From Rhodothermales bacterium (GTDB taxonomy: Bacteria > Bacteroidota > Rhodothermia > Rhodothermales > Bin80), in the NCBI GenBank assembly GCA_022821875.1, contig JAJECV010000006.1, positions 17,372-81,371 of the forward strand: a stretch of 64,000 nucleotides of DNA. The letters run 5' to 3'. The notes beneath the pieces are model-generated. The model searched no databases. It had not been told where the DNA came from and saw only the letters and a list, made by a program, of their open reading frames with translations. This document shows positions 1-10,100 of this stretch, piece after piece (the first letter of the stretch is position 1; each line of letters begins with the position of its first letter). Made by a program: the position numbers and the translations under genes.

Positions 1-16
1 TAAGAAATATGACTTT

Positions 17-181
17 CTTATTGAGAAAATTGATGTTATGAATCTTGAGACGCACAAGAAAATCGATGCTCAGGGGCTTGGGACGCACAAGAAAATTGAT
101 GCTCAGGGTATTGAGATGCGCAAGAAAATTGATGCTCAGACTGTTGAGCTAAATAGAAGAATAGATGCGATTTACAGTCTG
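17..181 (+). repeat. In-frame 33-bp tandem repeat (3 good units at 50-82, 83-115 and 116-148, plus degenerate flanking units)
   Basis: Read directly: acgcacaagaaaatcgatgctcaggggcttggg / acgcacaagaaaattgatgctcagggtattgag / atgcgcaagaaaattgatgctcagactgttgag. Confidence 0.7.
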
Positions 182-340
182 TTAGACTCGTTGAAGGATT
201 TAATAGTTGCAATGAACGGTCGGCTCTCAAGGATAGAAGGTGTGATTTCAAACAGACCATGGGAGGTTAATTCGTTAGGTGGTTCCGCGTCATTTCCAGT
301 TACGCAAGGCCAGCGGTCCATGGAAACGTCTCGCACTTAG
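38..340 (+). CDS. Small coiled-coil repeat protein; reading frame stays open to window position 2, so it may be 5'-partial
   Basis: The ORF shows an 11-residue periodicity: THKKIDAQGLG, THKKIDAQGIE, MRKKIDAQTVE, LNRRIDAIYSL. The upstream in-frame codons KKYDFLIEKIDV have no stop before the window edge. The architecture resembles the coiled-coil genes at 26368-26742 and 62841-63239, but no C-terminal TM helix is seen here. Confidence 0.5.
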   Translation: MNLETHKKIDAQGLGTHKKIDAQGIEMRKKIDAQTVELNRRIDAIYSLLDSLKDLIVAMNGRLSRIEGVISNRPWEVNSLGGSASFPVTQGQRSMETSRT

Positions 341-772
341 TTGCTTGCGAGGTGCTGATAGAGGTTGTACTCGCTAAAGGAGCCGGGTGCAGTCAATAGT
401 TGACTCAATGGAGCCGGTGGGGTACTGTTAGTTGGCTCGTCCAGTTCTGGGATGAGAAATTCTTTCGACTGGATCTTCTTCGTTTCCCCATATTTGAGGC
501 TGCATTTCCGGCAGGAATCTAGATTTGGGGGTTTGCATGGAGTTCAAATGTGTCCACAGCTTTTTGGCTGCTCCATTGGAATGAATCACAGAACCATCGG
601 GTACGGTCTGAATCATTGCTCACCAATCCAGTTCAGATAAATTAATAGTCGTTTTCGGCAGAAACAACCCATTAGGTGGTGTTCCCTTGCTCTTATGTAT
701 GTAGGGACGCAGCACCGACATGCAGTAGTGTGAGGCGAAGCATCGGAAGTGGTGAGCGTGGTGTTTGTGGAA

Positions 773-1180
773 TTAAGATGGCGGAATTTGGTCAAGCGTA
801 TTGGTTTCACTGTACTTGGAGGGACATTTCATGAGAATATGTTCCGCCTCAAAGATATTTCCATTCAGACGGCCCTCCACGACCAGTTTTTCTGCATTCT
901 CAAAACTGGCTGGCTTTGTGTTGTGGTAGTGGACTTTTCGTACGGTCCCTTCATCATCCTGCATATGAAAGGTGAAGAGATTGACTTCCGGATCATAATG
1001 TGCGGTTTCCGGCTGTACCCAGTAACCAACTACATGAGCATGTGCTCCTGAAGCTTCCGCTTCGGAGAAAAGCATATAGCCGCTGACCTGTTCCCCGAAG
1101 TTGAACAGAAGCAGTGATGCAAATGCTAAGAGGGCAATCAGACTGATAACGGTACGAGGTTTACGCATGGATTGAATCAT
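773..1180 (-). CDS. ccmE: Cytochrome c maturation heme chaperone CcmE
   Basis: It has an N-terminal membrane anchor (RTVISLIALLAFASLLLF), an OB-fold-sized body and the C-terminal HILMKCPSKY motif typical of FCB-group CcmE. It lies in a ccm context. Confidence 0.8.
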   Translation of the reverse strand: MIQSMRKPRTVISLIALLAFASLLLFNFGEQVSGYMLFSEAEASGAHAHVVGYWVQPETAHYDPEVNLFTFHMQDDEGTVRKVHYHNTKPASFENAEKLVVEGRLNGNIFEAEHILMKCPSKYSETNTLDQIPPS

Positions 1181-1404
1181 CTGGTTGGTGGATTCTACTA
1201 CGGTTCGTCCGAATAGTCCCCGTGCAGTATTTCAGAATCCCAGGTTTCCGATTCGGTTGGCGCTCAAAATGGTTCAAGTATGCCTCCCCGTTGATGGATG
1301 GATGGTGTTTCTGCAAAAACTAGAGGAAGGATACATGTCATCCGAAGTCTGTCAAGATTTCACCGATCTGCCATCTTATCGGGAATATCATTGAGCGATT
1401 ATGA

Positions 1405-2712
1405 TTATTGGACGTTCGAATCAATCGCTTTGGAAATTCCAATGTTATGCGCATTCGTGTTCATTGCTTCATTGTCTGCAACCGCACGGCGGATGGCCAA
1501 GACCTCTTCATAGTCCTCGGTGAAGATTCCATGGGGCCAACTTCCCATTTGACCGCGTTCATTTATCGTGATTTTCCTGAGACCCGCCCCATCGTCAGGA
1601 TCCATATAGAGCCAGTACACAAGTACATCCTCGGGCGAAAGTCGCTTTTCTGCAATCCAGCGCCGCGTACGAAGCAGTATCATTTCCGAGTGGGTCTCAA
1701 GAATCATGGATCGTTCACGTTTCGCGAGATGTTCCAGAAAAAGTTCTGCGACATGAGCATGGGCGGCGGGCTGAAGTCCCGTTTCTGGATGTTCGATGAT
1801 GTCAACTCCCGGCCCCGCCTGGTTTGCAGTCAAGGCGGCCATCGCTACGGGTAAGACTTGTGAGAGTCCAGCACCGGATTGGTCAAAGGGGATACCAGCA
1901 CCGTTAGTGTTTGATCTTACGATTAGATCAAAGTATCGACCCTCGGCTTTACGTTCAAGCCTCACCCCAAAAGCTTTTCGATACCATTCTCTGACAGAAT
2001 CCCACAGATCATTGTCGGCCGCCAATGCCATAGGCGCATGCATTCCATTTGTATTATGCGCATCAGGAGAATAGGATTCCGTCGTAAAATGTGATGAAGC
2101 AATGCGACGGGGACACTTAAGATAGCGAACACCGTTGGCCCATTTTCTGATTTCCTCAATTTGAGGATCAATCCAGTTTGGGAGTTGATGCGTTTTCTGA
2201 GGCAATACCCCCCTCCAGACGATAGGACGTTCATCCGGCTCTCTTCCAGATACAGATACATCATACAGAGATTGCGGATCAAGGCTTTTTCTTTGCGCTT
2301 CAATGCGATCTGTTCCGCTAGCCAAACACCAGTTTAGAATCTGGCGCTCGTCTGGTTTTGGTGGTTTTTCCACATTTTGGACGGTTACATTTAGAAGAGA
2401 TTCATTGCTCCCATTTGCCAGTTCAGCAGACAGGGACAACTTGCGATGTATGGCATGTCCATTCACTAAATCTACAAAGGTTCTCCCGTGACGGATCTCA
2501 TCTGCGCGGAGTAATAGCAGTTCATGGCTATTATTCTCCGAGACAACAAGACTGCTCGCCAATAAATGAATTGCCCGGACCAGCGCTGTTTTGCCGGAAT
2601 TATTCGCCCCAACAAGGATGGTTAAAGGGGCAATTTCAAAGTTTAAATCCTCACGAAAACACTTGTATCGCTTGAGATTTAACTTTTGAAGTTTCATAGC
2701 CAATAAATGCAA
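1405..2712 (-). CDS. AAA-family ATPase with a DUF3696-type C-terminus (SMC/OLD-like AAA_15/21 class)
   Basis: N-terminus is MKLQKLNLKRYKCF...LTILVGANNSGKTA (Walker A). Later come IIEHPETGLQP and ILETHSE motifs. The C-terminal ...ITINERGQMGSWPHGIFTEDY matches the W-P-x-G-F-F ending I associate with DUF3696. The likely start is the ATG at 2697 (MKLQK). Confidence 0.8.
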   Translation of the reverse strand: MHLLAMKLQKLNLKRYKCFREDLNFEIAPLTILVGANNSGKTALVRAIHLLASSLVVSENNSHELLLLRADEIRHGRTFVDLVNGHAIHRKLSLSAELANGSNESLLNVTVQNVEKPPKPDERQILNWCLASGTDRIEAQRKSLDPQSLYDVSVSGREPDERPIVWRGVLPQKTHQLPNWIDPQIEEIRKWANGVRYLKCPRRIASSHFTTESYSPDAHNTNGMHAPMALAADNDLWDSVREWYRKAFGVRLERKAEGRYFDLIVRSNTNGAGIPFDQSGAGLSQVLPVAMAALTANQAGPGVDIIEHPETGLQPAAHAHVAELFLEHLAKRERSMILETHSEMILLRTRRWIAEKRLSPEDVLVYWLYMDPDDGAGLRKITINERGQMGSWPHGIFTEDYEEVLAIRRAVADNEAMNTNAHNIGISKAIDSNVQ

Positions 2713-2905
2713 GATAAGCCTGACGGGATGTTAACGGCAGCTTCCTCGCATGGTTTGCGGTGTCATGCCGATCAGATACCGTCAAGGCTGCAGGGCCCCT
2801 TTGGTCAGGTGTTCATACAAAAGATAAACAGGTCAGAATGTGAACATCTGTGCTTGCACCAGCAGGATTCAGAGTCATGCGGACTCAAATCGCATCGGCA
2901 TTCAC

Positions 2906-3100
2906 TTATTCGTGCGTCTCCTTCCGTTTGAGAAGATGTTGCACCGAGGACTCAAGGCGATTGATTTTCCGGTCGGTTGCGTAGATGAAGATCACGATCC
3001 CCGTCCAGATGATCAGAACCACCGCCAGAACAACCATCAACTTATCATTGTCCAGCATCGTCGCTTCAAAGCCGGAAGTTTGCAGGAGTAGAGAGAACAT
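2906..3100 (-). CDS. ccmD: Heme exporter protein CcmD (small single-TM protein)
   Basis: An internal ATG at 3100 lies 12 nt after the ccmC stop. There is a single TM helix (LMVVLAVVLIIWTGIVIFIY) followed by a basic tail. Its position between ccmC and ccmE fits. Confidence 0.6.
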   Translation of the reverse strand: MFSLLLQTSGFEATMLDNDKLMVVLAVVLIIWTGIVIFIYATDRKINRLESSVQHLLKRKETHE

Positions 3101-3111
3101 AATACGGTAGG

Positions 3112-3819
3112 TTATGAATGCTTTTCCAGAATAGATTGCAGGGTGTCCGAGGCATGCGCTAACCGGACGCGCTGCGTATAGAGCAGCCATCCGAGTCCGA
3201 TAAATCCAAGGACCGCCGGGTAGAATACCACGCGCATGATTGGATCGGTAATGTCACTGAATGCCGGATTCCCCTCCGCACCAGGATGCAGACTCTCCAA
3301 CTGGCGCGGAAGCACGTACAGAAGAAAAGGCACTGTTGCAAATGCAAAAATATTGTAGACAGCGGCAATCCTTGCCCGTATGACCGGATCATCTAACGCA
3401 CCCCGAAGGGCAAAATATGCACAGTAGATCAGCACCTGGACTGCGGCCATGGATTGCTTTGGATCAAAGTTCCACCAGATATTCGTCCCTTCATACCAGG
3501 TAAACCGTGCCCACATACTCCCGGTTGCCAACCCTAACAGCCCAAACACAATCGCCACCAGCGCGGCAGTGCTGGACCGGAGGTCACTCACCGGGTTCTT
3601 CGTTCGAAGGTGTTGAATCGCATGAACGGCGGAAAGCGCCGTCAATGCCATCATCGTAAACCACATTGGAACATGGAAATACAGATTCCGGGCCGTGTGC
3701 TCCAGCATGGCGACATGTGGGATATTCAGCCATGCTCCCGCAAAAGAAAATGCTCCCAGAAGAACAAGTGTTACCCAGATGATGATGATCAGGCGGATGC
3801 CCTTGTAGTTACGAGGCAT
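3112..3819 (-). CDS. ccmC: Heme exporter protein CcmC
   Basis: Polytopic membrane protein with a Trp-rich WWD-type motif (GTNIWWNFDPKQ) and conserved His residues. It is adjacent to ccmB. Confidence 0.9.
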   Translation of the reverse strand: MPRNYKGIRLIIIIWVTLVLLGAFSFAGAWLNIPHVAMLEHTARNLYFHVPMWFTMMALTALSAVHAIQHLRTKNPVSDLRSSTAALVAIVFGLLGLATGSMWARFTWYEGTNIWWNFDPKQSMAAVQVLIYCAYFALRGALDDPVIRARIAAVYNIFAFATVPFLLYVLPRQLESLHPGAEGNPAFSDITDPIMRVVFYPAVLGFIGLGWLLYTQRVRLAHASDTLQSILEKHS

Positions 3820-3834
3820 CAGGTGGAATTCTTT

Positions 3835-4539
3835 TTAGGTTTCCCAAACATAGTCGAAAAGAAGGATAGACGCGGCAATCACAACCCCGGAGAAACTCAC
3901 CATCGTCACTAAGGATCCAACCGCGGCACTCCATCCATCTGTGGCAAAAGATTGCCCTGTAAAACTTAAATGAGTGGCTTCAACGGCAGAAAGCAGTAAA
4001 GGGATCAAAATCGGGAAGAGCAGCACGGGAAGCAGCGGCCCGCCGCGTGCTGTTCGTGAAATAATTGCTGACAGAAGCGTGGCCGCTCCCGCAAGCCCCA
4101 AAGTCCCCAGACAGATCGTCAAAACAAAAAGACCCGGCAATGCCACCTCAACATTCAGCAGCACCAGAAATACCAGCGAGGAAACCGCATTCGCACACAG
4201 AAGTGTCAGGAAGCCGTAGCAAAGTTTGCCGAGATAGACCATCTGCGACTGCGTATGCAATTGCAAAAAAATTGCAGTTCCGCGTTCCTGCTCAGACAGA
4301 AATGCGCGTCCCAGCCCCAGTGCTGCCGTAAAAAGGACAACAATCCAAAGTAACCCGGCCTTCGTTCCAGGGGCAAGGTCAGTGCTTGCTGCTGCAAATG
4401 AGACTACAAACAGAGTGCTGAGTACGAAGATGAGCAGGGTGCCCAGCACGGATTTATTACGCAGTTCCAGTCGGAGATCCTTCAGGAGCACCGCCGTTGC
4501 CCCGGCAATCCAGCTAGATGGCTCGTTGGACATGCTCAT
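3835..4539 (-). CDS. ccmB: Heme exporter permease CcmB
   Basis: About six TM segments in 234 aa, immediately upstream of ccmC on the same strand. Confidence 0.8.
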   Translation of the reverse strand: MSMSNEPSSWIAGATAVLLKDLRLELRNKSVLGTLLIFVLSTLFVVSFAAASTDLAPGTKAGLLWIVVLFTAALGLGRAFLSEQERGTAIFLQLHTQSQMVYLGKLCYGFLTLLCANAVSSLVFLVLLNVEVALPGLFVLTICLGTLGLAGAATLLSAIISRTARGGPLLPVLLFPILIPLLLSAVEATHLSFTGQSFATDGWSAAVGSLVTMVSFSGVVIAASILLFDYVWET

Positions 4540-5552
4540 GGTGCGTCACGCACTGCTAATTCCTCAGCCGTAATCAAACCTTCGGGCCGGGGCAGAAAGA
4601 CGGGGCCTCCACGGGTCGGAGGAGCAAAGTCGCCGACAAATTCAATTTCCGTTTCCAGATGGTATCCGGTCTGTCGGGCGACCTCTTTTTGAACATAGGC
4701 GACAAGCGCCTGGAGATCGGCTGCAGTTCCGTCTGCGTGATTAACAATAATGTTGGCATGGCGGTGTGTGACGACCATGCCTCCAAAACTAGCCCCCTTA
4801 AGGCCACATTCGTCAATGAGCCGCCCGGCTCCAATGCCCTGAATTTTTTTGAAGATGGATCCGACGCTCGGCTCTGTCTTCAGGTCAGGATGCCGTAATG
4901 CACGCCAGGCGAGGTTTTCCTTCATGATCCGGTAGATGTCGGCCTTGTCGGTTTCTAGGAGCCGAAATGTAGCGCTCAGCACAATGTCATCCCGCCAGTG
5001 CAGAATGGATTTATCGTATCCGAACTCAAAATAATCAACTCCGACACGTTTGGATTCATTTTTCTCGGTCAAAAGATCCGCATAGTCCAGCACCTCTTCA
5101 ATGAACATCGTGCGTTCCCGGGCCGGGGCAGGGGAGAGAAAATGGAGATTCTGCCAGAGCGCACCGCCGACGGTGGAGGGAATTCCAACGTAGTGCTCGA
5201 GGCCGGAGAGAGACTGTGCTGCAGCAAGTTCAATAAGTGCAGGATACACGGTTGCACCGCTTTCTGCGGTAATCAGGTTTCCGTTAATGCAGATTCGGTC
5301 GGCAACATTATGGATCACAACGCCGCGGAAGCCTGCATCGCCAATAACAATATTGGCCCCCTTTCCCAGCAGAAAATGGGGGACTTCCAGTTCACGGACA
5401 GCCCGGACCGCACACTCCAGTGCCGAAGCACTGGCGGTTTTTATGAAAAAATCTGCCGGCCCTCCGACCTGCATGGTCGTATAGGGAGCCAGCCGGACAT
5501 TCTCTTCAACAGCAGCCTCTGTGCCAATTAGCTTTTTAAGCGTTTGTATCAT
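4536..5552 (-). CDS. murB: UDP-N-acetylenolpyruvoylglucosamine reductase (MurB)
   Basis: Has an FAD-binding N-terminus (YTTMQVGGPADFF...LGKGANIVIGD) and a MurB C-terminal domain, with a typical length. Confidence 0.9.
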   Translation of the reverse strand: MIQTLKKLIGTEAAVEENVRLAPYTTMQVGGPADFFIKTASASALECAVRAVRELEVPHFLLGKGANIVIGDAGFRGVVIHNVADRICINGNLITAESGATVYPALIELAAAQSLSGLEHYVGIPSTVGGALWQNLHFLSPAPARERTMFIEEVLDYADLLTEKNESKRVGVDYFEFGYDKSILHWRDDIVLSATFRLLETDKADIYRIMKENLAWRALRHPDLKTEPSVGSIFKKIQGIGAGRLIDECGLKGASFGGMVVTHRHANIIVNHADGTAADLQALVAYVQKEVARQTGYHLETEIEFVGDFAPPTRGGPVFLPRPEGLITAEELAVRDAP

Positions 5553-5645
5553 TTCAATAAAGAGAAATCAACCGTGGAACAAGTGATCGGGTAAATCGTT
5601 GAAGCGGTTTTGTACACATCACCAGACTTCCTTTAAGGATAAGAA

Positions 5646-6485
5646 ATGAACAGCAGATCAAGTATGCCGAATGTGTCTCGCCTGTTGACGCGAGGAGCAA
5701 TACTCGCCGCAATCGTCCTTGTTATCGGTGCAATGGCGGCCGGTTGCATGACCACGACACTCGTCTCCGGTGAGGCGGGTGTCCGATATTCTCCCTTCGG
5801 AGGAACCGACCGGGATGATGTATACGGCGAGGGACTCCATCTCCATGCACCGTGGGTCACGGTCATCAAATATGATGTTCGCGTACAGGAAAGGCTTGAG
5901 AATATGGAGGCCCTCTCCTCAAACGGGCTGTCTATCGGCACGGATATTTCGGTGCGCTGGCGTCCGAGTTCGGAGACGCTTCCAGTCCTGCATATAGACT
6001 ACGGGGTTGATTATTTCCGGAAACTCATCGGCCCGGAACTTCGAAGTGTCGTTCGTGAAGTGATTGGGCAGTTTACTCCCGAAGAGCTCTATTCCAGCCG
6101 GAGAACGGAATTGCAGGATCAGATTTTTGCCAGAGTGAAGGAGAGTGTAGAGAGTGAAAATGTAATCATTGAGGCGATTTTAATTCGGGATGTACGGCTT
6201 CCAGAGCAGATCAAGATGGCGATTGAAAATAAACTGAAAGAGGAACAGGAGGCGGAGAGATACGAATTCACCATTGATAAAGAACGCCTGGAAGCAGAGC
6301 GTAAGCGCATTGAGGCCGAAGGGGAAGCTGACTATCAGCGGATTATCACGGCAAGCCTCACGTCACAATTCCTCCGCTTCAAGGGAATTGAGGCGACGCA
6401 GCAACTGGCGAATTCACCGAACAGCAAAACGGTCATCGTTGGCGGTGGTGGAGACGGGCTTCCCCTGATCCTGGGTGGCCAGTAG
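5646..6485 (+). CDS. SPFH/band-7 (prohibitin/HflC-like) membrane protein
   Basis: Has an N-terminal anchor, an SPFH core (GLHLHAPWVTVIKYDVRVQ...) and a charged coiled-coil segment (EEQEAERYEFTIDKERLEAERKRIEAEGEADYQRI). Confidence 0.85.
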   Translation: MNSRSSMPNVSRLLTRGAILAAIVLVIGAMAAGCMTTTLVSGEAGVRYSPFGGTDRDDVYGEGLHLHAPWVTVIKYDVRVQERLENMEALSSNGLSIGTDISVRWRPSSETLPVLHIDYGVDYFRKLIGPELRSVVREVIGQFTPEELYSSRRTELQDQIFARVKESVESENVIIEAILIRDVRLPEQIKMAIENKLKEEQEAERYEFTIDKERLEAERKRIEAEGEADYQRIITASLTSQFLRFKGIEATQQLANSPNSKTVIVGGGGDGLPLILGGQ

Positions 6486-7131
6486 TTTCTGGCGAATGGG
6501 ATTGGGCCGGGGAGCCGGGTCAGTTTGCCGGCTTCGTGACAGGGTTGTATGCGAAAGCGGGGTACTGCCCGTCAATGTGTGGGAGGCTTGACGGGTCGCG
6601 CTGCTTTGCCTCCTACAGATTTGGTCCTGTCGAAATCCTGAAAGACGGCTTTGGAGCGCTGATCTTACAGGTGCACATTCGTCCGGGGCGGATCTGCCTA
6701 CATTCATAAATGATGCATGCCTCAGCATCTGATGAAAGGGGGGTGTACGTCGTAATTGCAGGAGACCATTTGTGGAATGGAGTCCCCCTTTTCCATTGGT
6801 GGATTCGTCAACACAGTTCTCAAAACTGTGCACTGCAGCCCTGATCCCTGCCCGGAAAACCTGACCTGTCCCGACCTGATCAGGAAAACACCCAAATTGT
6901 GAAGTTTGTGTGAATTCGAGAAAAAATTGCGATAATACGGGGAAAAGCGTTTATATTAGGTGAAAATTACAGTTTGATCTGTGTTCCGTAGGCCGAAAGG
7001 TTGCTCCGTAACGTTGCGGATTTCGGAGACAGGGTGGAAGGTGTTCGCGAGCGAAGGGACGTATGCCTGCTGATTCAGATCTGTGCTGTGTGTAGCTTTT
7101 TGATGCTGTGTAGCAGCAGCCTACTTTTGAG

Positions 7132-10100
7132 ATGCGCATTCTGTATATATTGGGTTTGATCGTCGTTTGGTCGGCTGGGAACGTTTTTGCCCAGTCCGGC
7201 AAAATCGCGGGTCAGGTGACCGACGAGTCTGGAGAAGGGCTTCCCGGAGTGAATATTTTTATCCCCTCGACTCTGCAGGGAGCAACCTCGGATCTGGATG
7301 GATACTATACCATCCTGAACGTATCTCCCGGCACGTATACGATCCGCTCCTCATTTATTGGCTTCGCCAGCCAGGTTGTTGAGGGCGTTCGAGTAAATAT
7401 TGAGCAGACCACGACCGTCAATTTTCAATTGATGGAGGATGCAGTGGGGCTGGAAGAGATGGTTGTGACGGCGGAACTGCCGGTTGTGCAGGCGGATGTG
7501 TCCAACAGCCAATTGAATGTGAGTTCTGATCAGATTGAGGCGTTACCGGTCTCGAGTGTAAACAGCGTCGTTGGCCTGCAGGCAGGGATTCAGGGACTTT
7601 CTGTGCGAGGAAGTGGTTCCGATGAACTCTCCTTCATGGTCAATGGCCTGACCTTAAGAGATGAGCGGAATAATGCCCCCTACACCAGCATCAGTCTGTC
7701 CTCTGTGGAAGAAGTGCAGGTTCAGACGGGCGGCTTCAATGCAGAGTATGGGAATGTACGTTCAGGTGTCGTGAATGTGGTGACCAAAGAGGGAGACCGG
7801 AACCGCTATTCGGGGAATGCGATCTTTCGTTACAGTGCTCCGGCACAGAAACACTTTGGACCTCGTGCGGATGATCCTGATTCCTACTGGATTCGTCCAT
7901 TCATCGACTCGGATGTTGCGTGGGCCGGTACGGAAGCCGGAGGATGGGATGAATTCACCCAGGGCCAGTATCCGCGGTTTGAAGGATGGATTGCGATTGC
8001 CGAGGAACGGCTGAAAGATGATGATCCTGCCAATGATATGACTCCGGAGGCACTGCAACAGGCATTCCTCTGGCAGCACCGTAAAGCGATGGAGGTGGTT
8101 AAGCCTGACTATAACGTTGATGTTGGCTTTGGCGGACCGGTTCCTTATCTCGGTCAGAACTGGGCAGGCCTTCGTTTTTATGCCTCATTTCGGGCAGATC
8201 AGAGCATGTACCTGATTCCACTGAACTCGGATCGCTATCAGGAATGGTCCGGGCACGTGAAGGTGACTGCGGATATAATCCCGGGAATGAAGGTTACATT
8301 TGAGCAGTTAAGGGGGCGTATCACAGGTACCTCAACCAGTCGGGCCGGGCAGCCGGGGATTTTCCGGTCCTCTTCCAGTATTGCCGGCCAGTTGAGCCGT
8401 GTCAGTTTCATTGATGCCAGAATTTACTCAACCGATTACTGGACCCCCACGGAGGTCAATAACTCAATGAGTGGGTTGAAACTCACGCATACCCTCAGTA
8501 ATTCTACATTCTATGAGATCCGCGTTAACATTTTCCGCTCAAAATATGATACAAATCCAGGGCGGCTGCGGGATGAATCACCTGTAGTGCAGTTCGGGGG
8601 AGTGGGATTTGACGAGGCACCATTCGGGTTCCAGCCAAGGCCGACCTTCGGGGTAGACGGTATGCGTACCGGCGTAGGCATGAGTAATGCCCGGGATACC
8701 AGTATCGTCACGGCCTATAATATCAAGGGAGATCTCACCAGTCAATTGAACCGCTTCCTGCAGATCAAAACCGGGGTTGAGTATAATCTTTCGGATTCGA
8801 AAGTGAACTACGGGCGTTATGATGCATTCCTGCCAAGCAGCAACTCGCATTCCCGGTGGGACCGCACACCGGTGCGCGGAGCCGCCTATGCGCAGGGCAA
8901 GCTTGAATTCTCGGGCATGATTGCGAATCTGGGACTTCGGCTGGATTACTTTAATGCCGGGGGGGACTGGTACGAGTTTGAGCCATTCAATGCCGCGTTC
9001 AGTGCGCGGTTTGCTCCAGGCATTGATACGCTCTTAACGCAGGAGCCGACGCGCCACATCTTTGCGCTGAGCCCACGGATGGGGGTCTCGTTCCCGATCA
9101 CAGAATACAGCAAACTTTACTTCAATTACGGACACTTCCGCTCGCTTCCGGACCCGAATAATTTATTTCTGTTACGGGAATTTACCGAAACCGGGCAGAT
9201 CAGCCGCGTTGCCGATCCCAATAATCCCCTGCCGAAGACCGTTGCCTACGAACTTGGCTATGAGCAGTCACTTTTTGACCAGTTGCTGATTCGAATGGCC
9301 GGCTACTATAAGGATGTTTCTCTGCAACCCTATCTGACCGAATATATCAGCCGGGACGGGCAGGTGAATTATACGATCTCTGAGCCGAACTCATTTGAAG
9401 ATATTCGGGGCTTTGAATTTACGTTATCCAGGAATCGGGGCCGCTGGATTCAAGGCTTTGTGAACTATACCTATATGGTATTTACGTCGGGGTATTTCAG
9501 TCTTCGGCGGAATTTTGAGAACCCCACTGCGCAGAGAGAATTTGCGGAAAGTGATGCGGAGCGGCGCCGCGCCTCCTCCAGACCGCAGCCCCGTCCCTAT
9601 GCCCGGCTGAACCTGGACTTTTTGACTCCAGCCGACTTTGGGCCGCGCATTGGGTCCTATGCGATTCTGGGAGACTGGCGAATCAGTGTGATCGGTAATT
9701 GGCAGCAGGGAGCAAAATACACCTGGACAGGCGGCGGTGCCGTCCCCGGTGTCATCAACAACGTTTCGTTTCTGGACTATTGGAATGCAAACCTGCGTTT
9801 CACCAAAAATATCGTCATTGCAGGCAGGCGTGCACAGTTGTTTGTGGATATTTTCAATGTGTTGAATACCCGCAGGCTTTCCTTTAACGGGTTCATTGAC
9901 GGAAACGATCAACTGTCCTATCTGCGATCTTTACATCTCCCCGAGTCGGAGGATTATCAGACCAATATTCCAGGTGATGACAAGATTGGTGCCTACCGCA
10001 AATACTCGGTGGCGTATCAGCCAATGTTGCGCATCCCGACACGAGAGAGTGTGACTGCTCCCCATGAGGGGGTCATTTACTGGGAATATGAGACTCGGCA

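Noticed and set aside
6960-7110. A possible cobalamin or other riboswitch upstream of the TonB-dependent receptor
   Set aside because: I could not find the conserved B12-box (GCCACTG-like) or other riboswitch core motifs by eye. Only generic hairpins are present. It is kept only as a 'long leader' observation.
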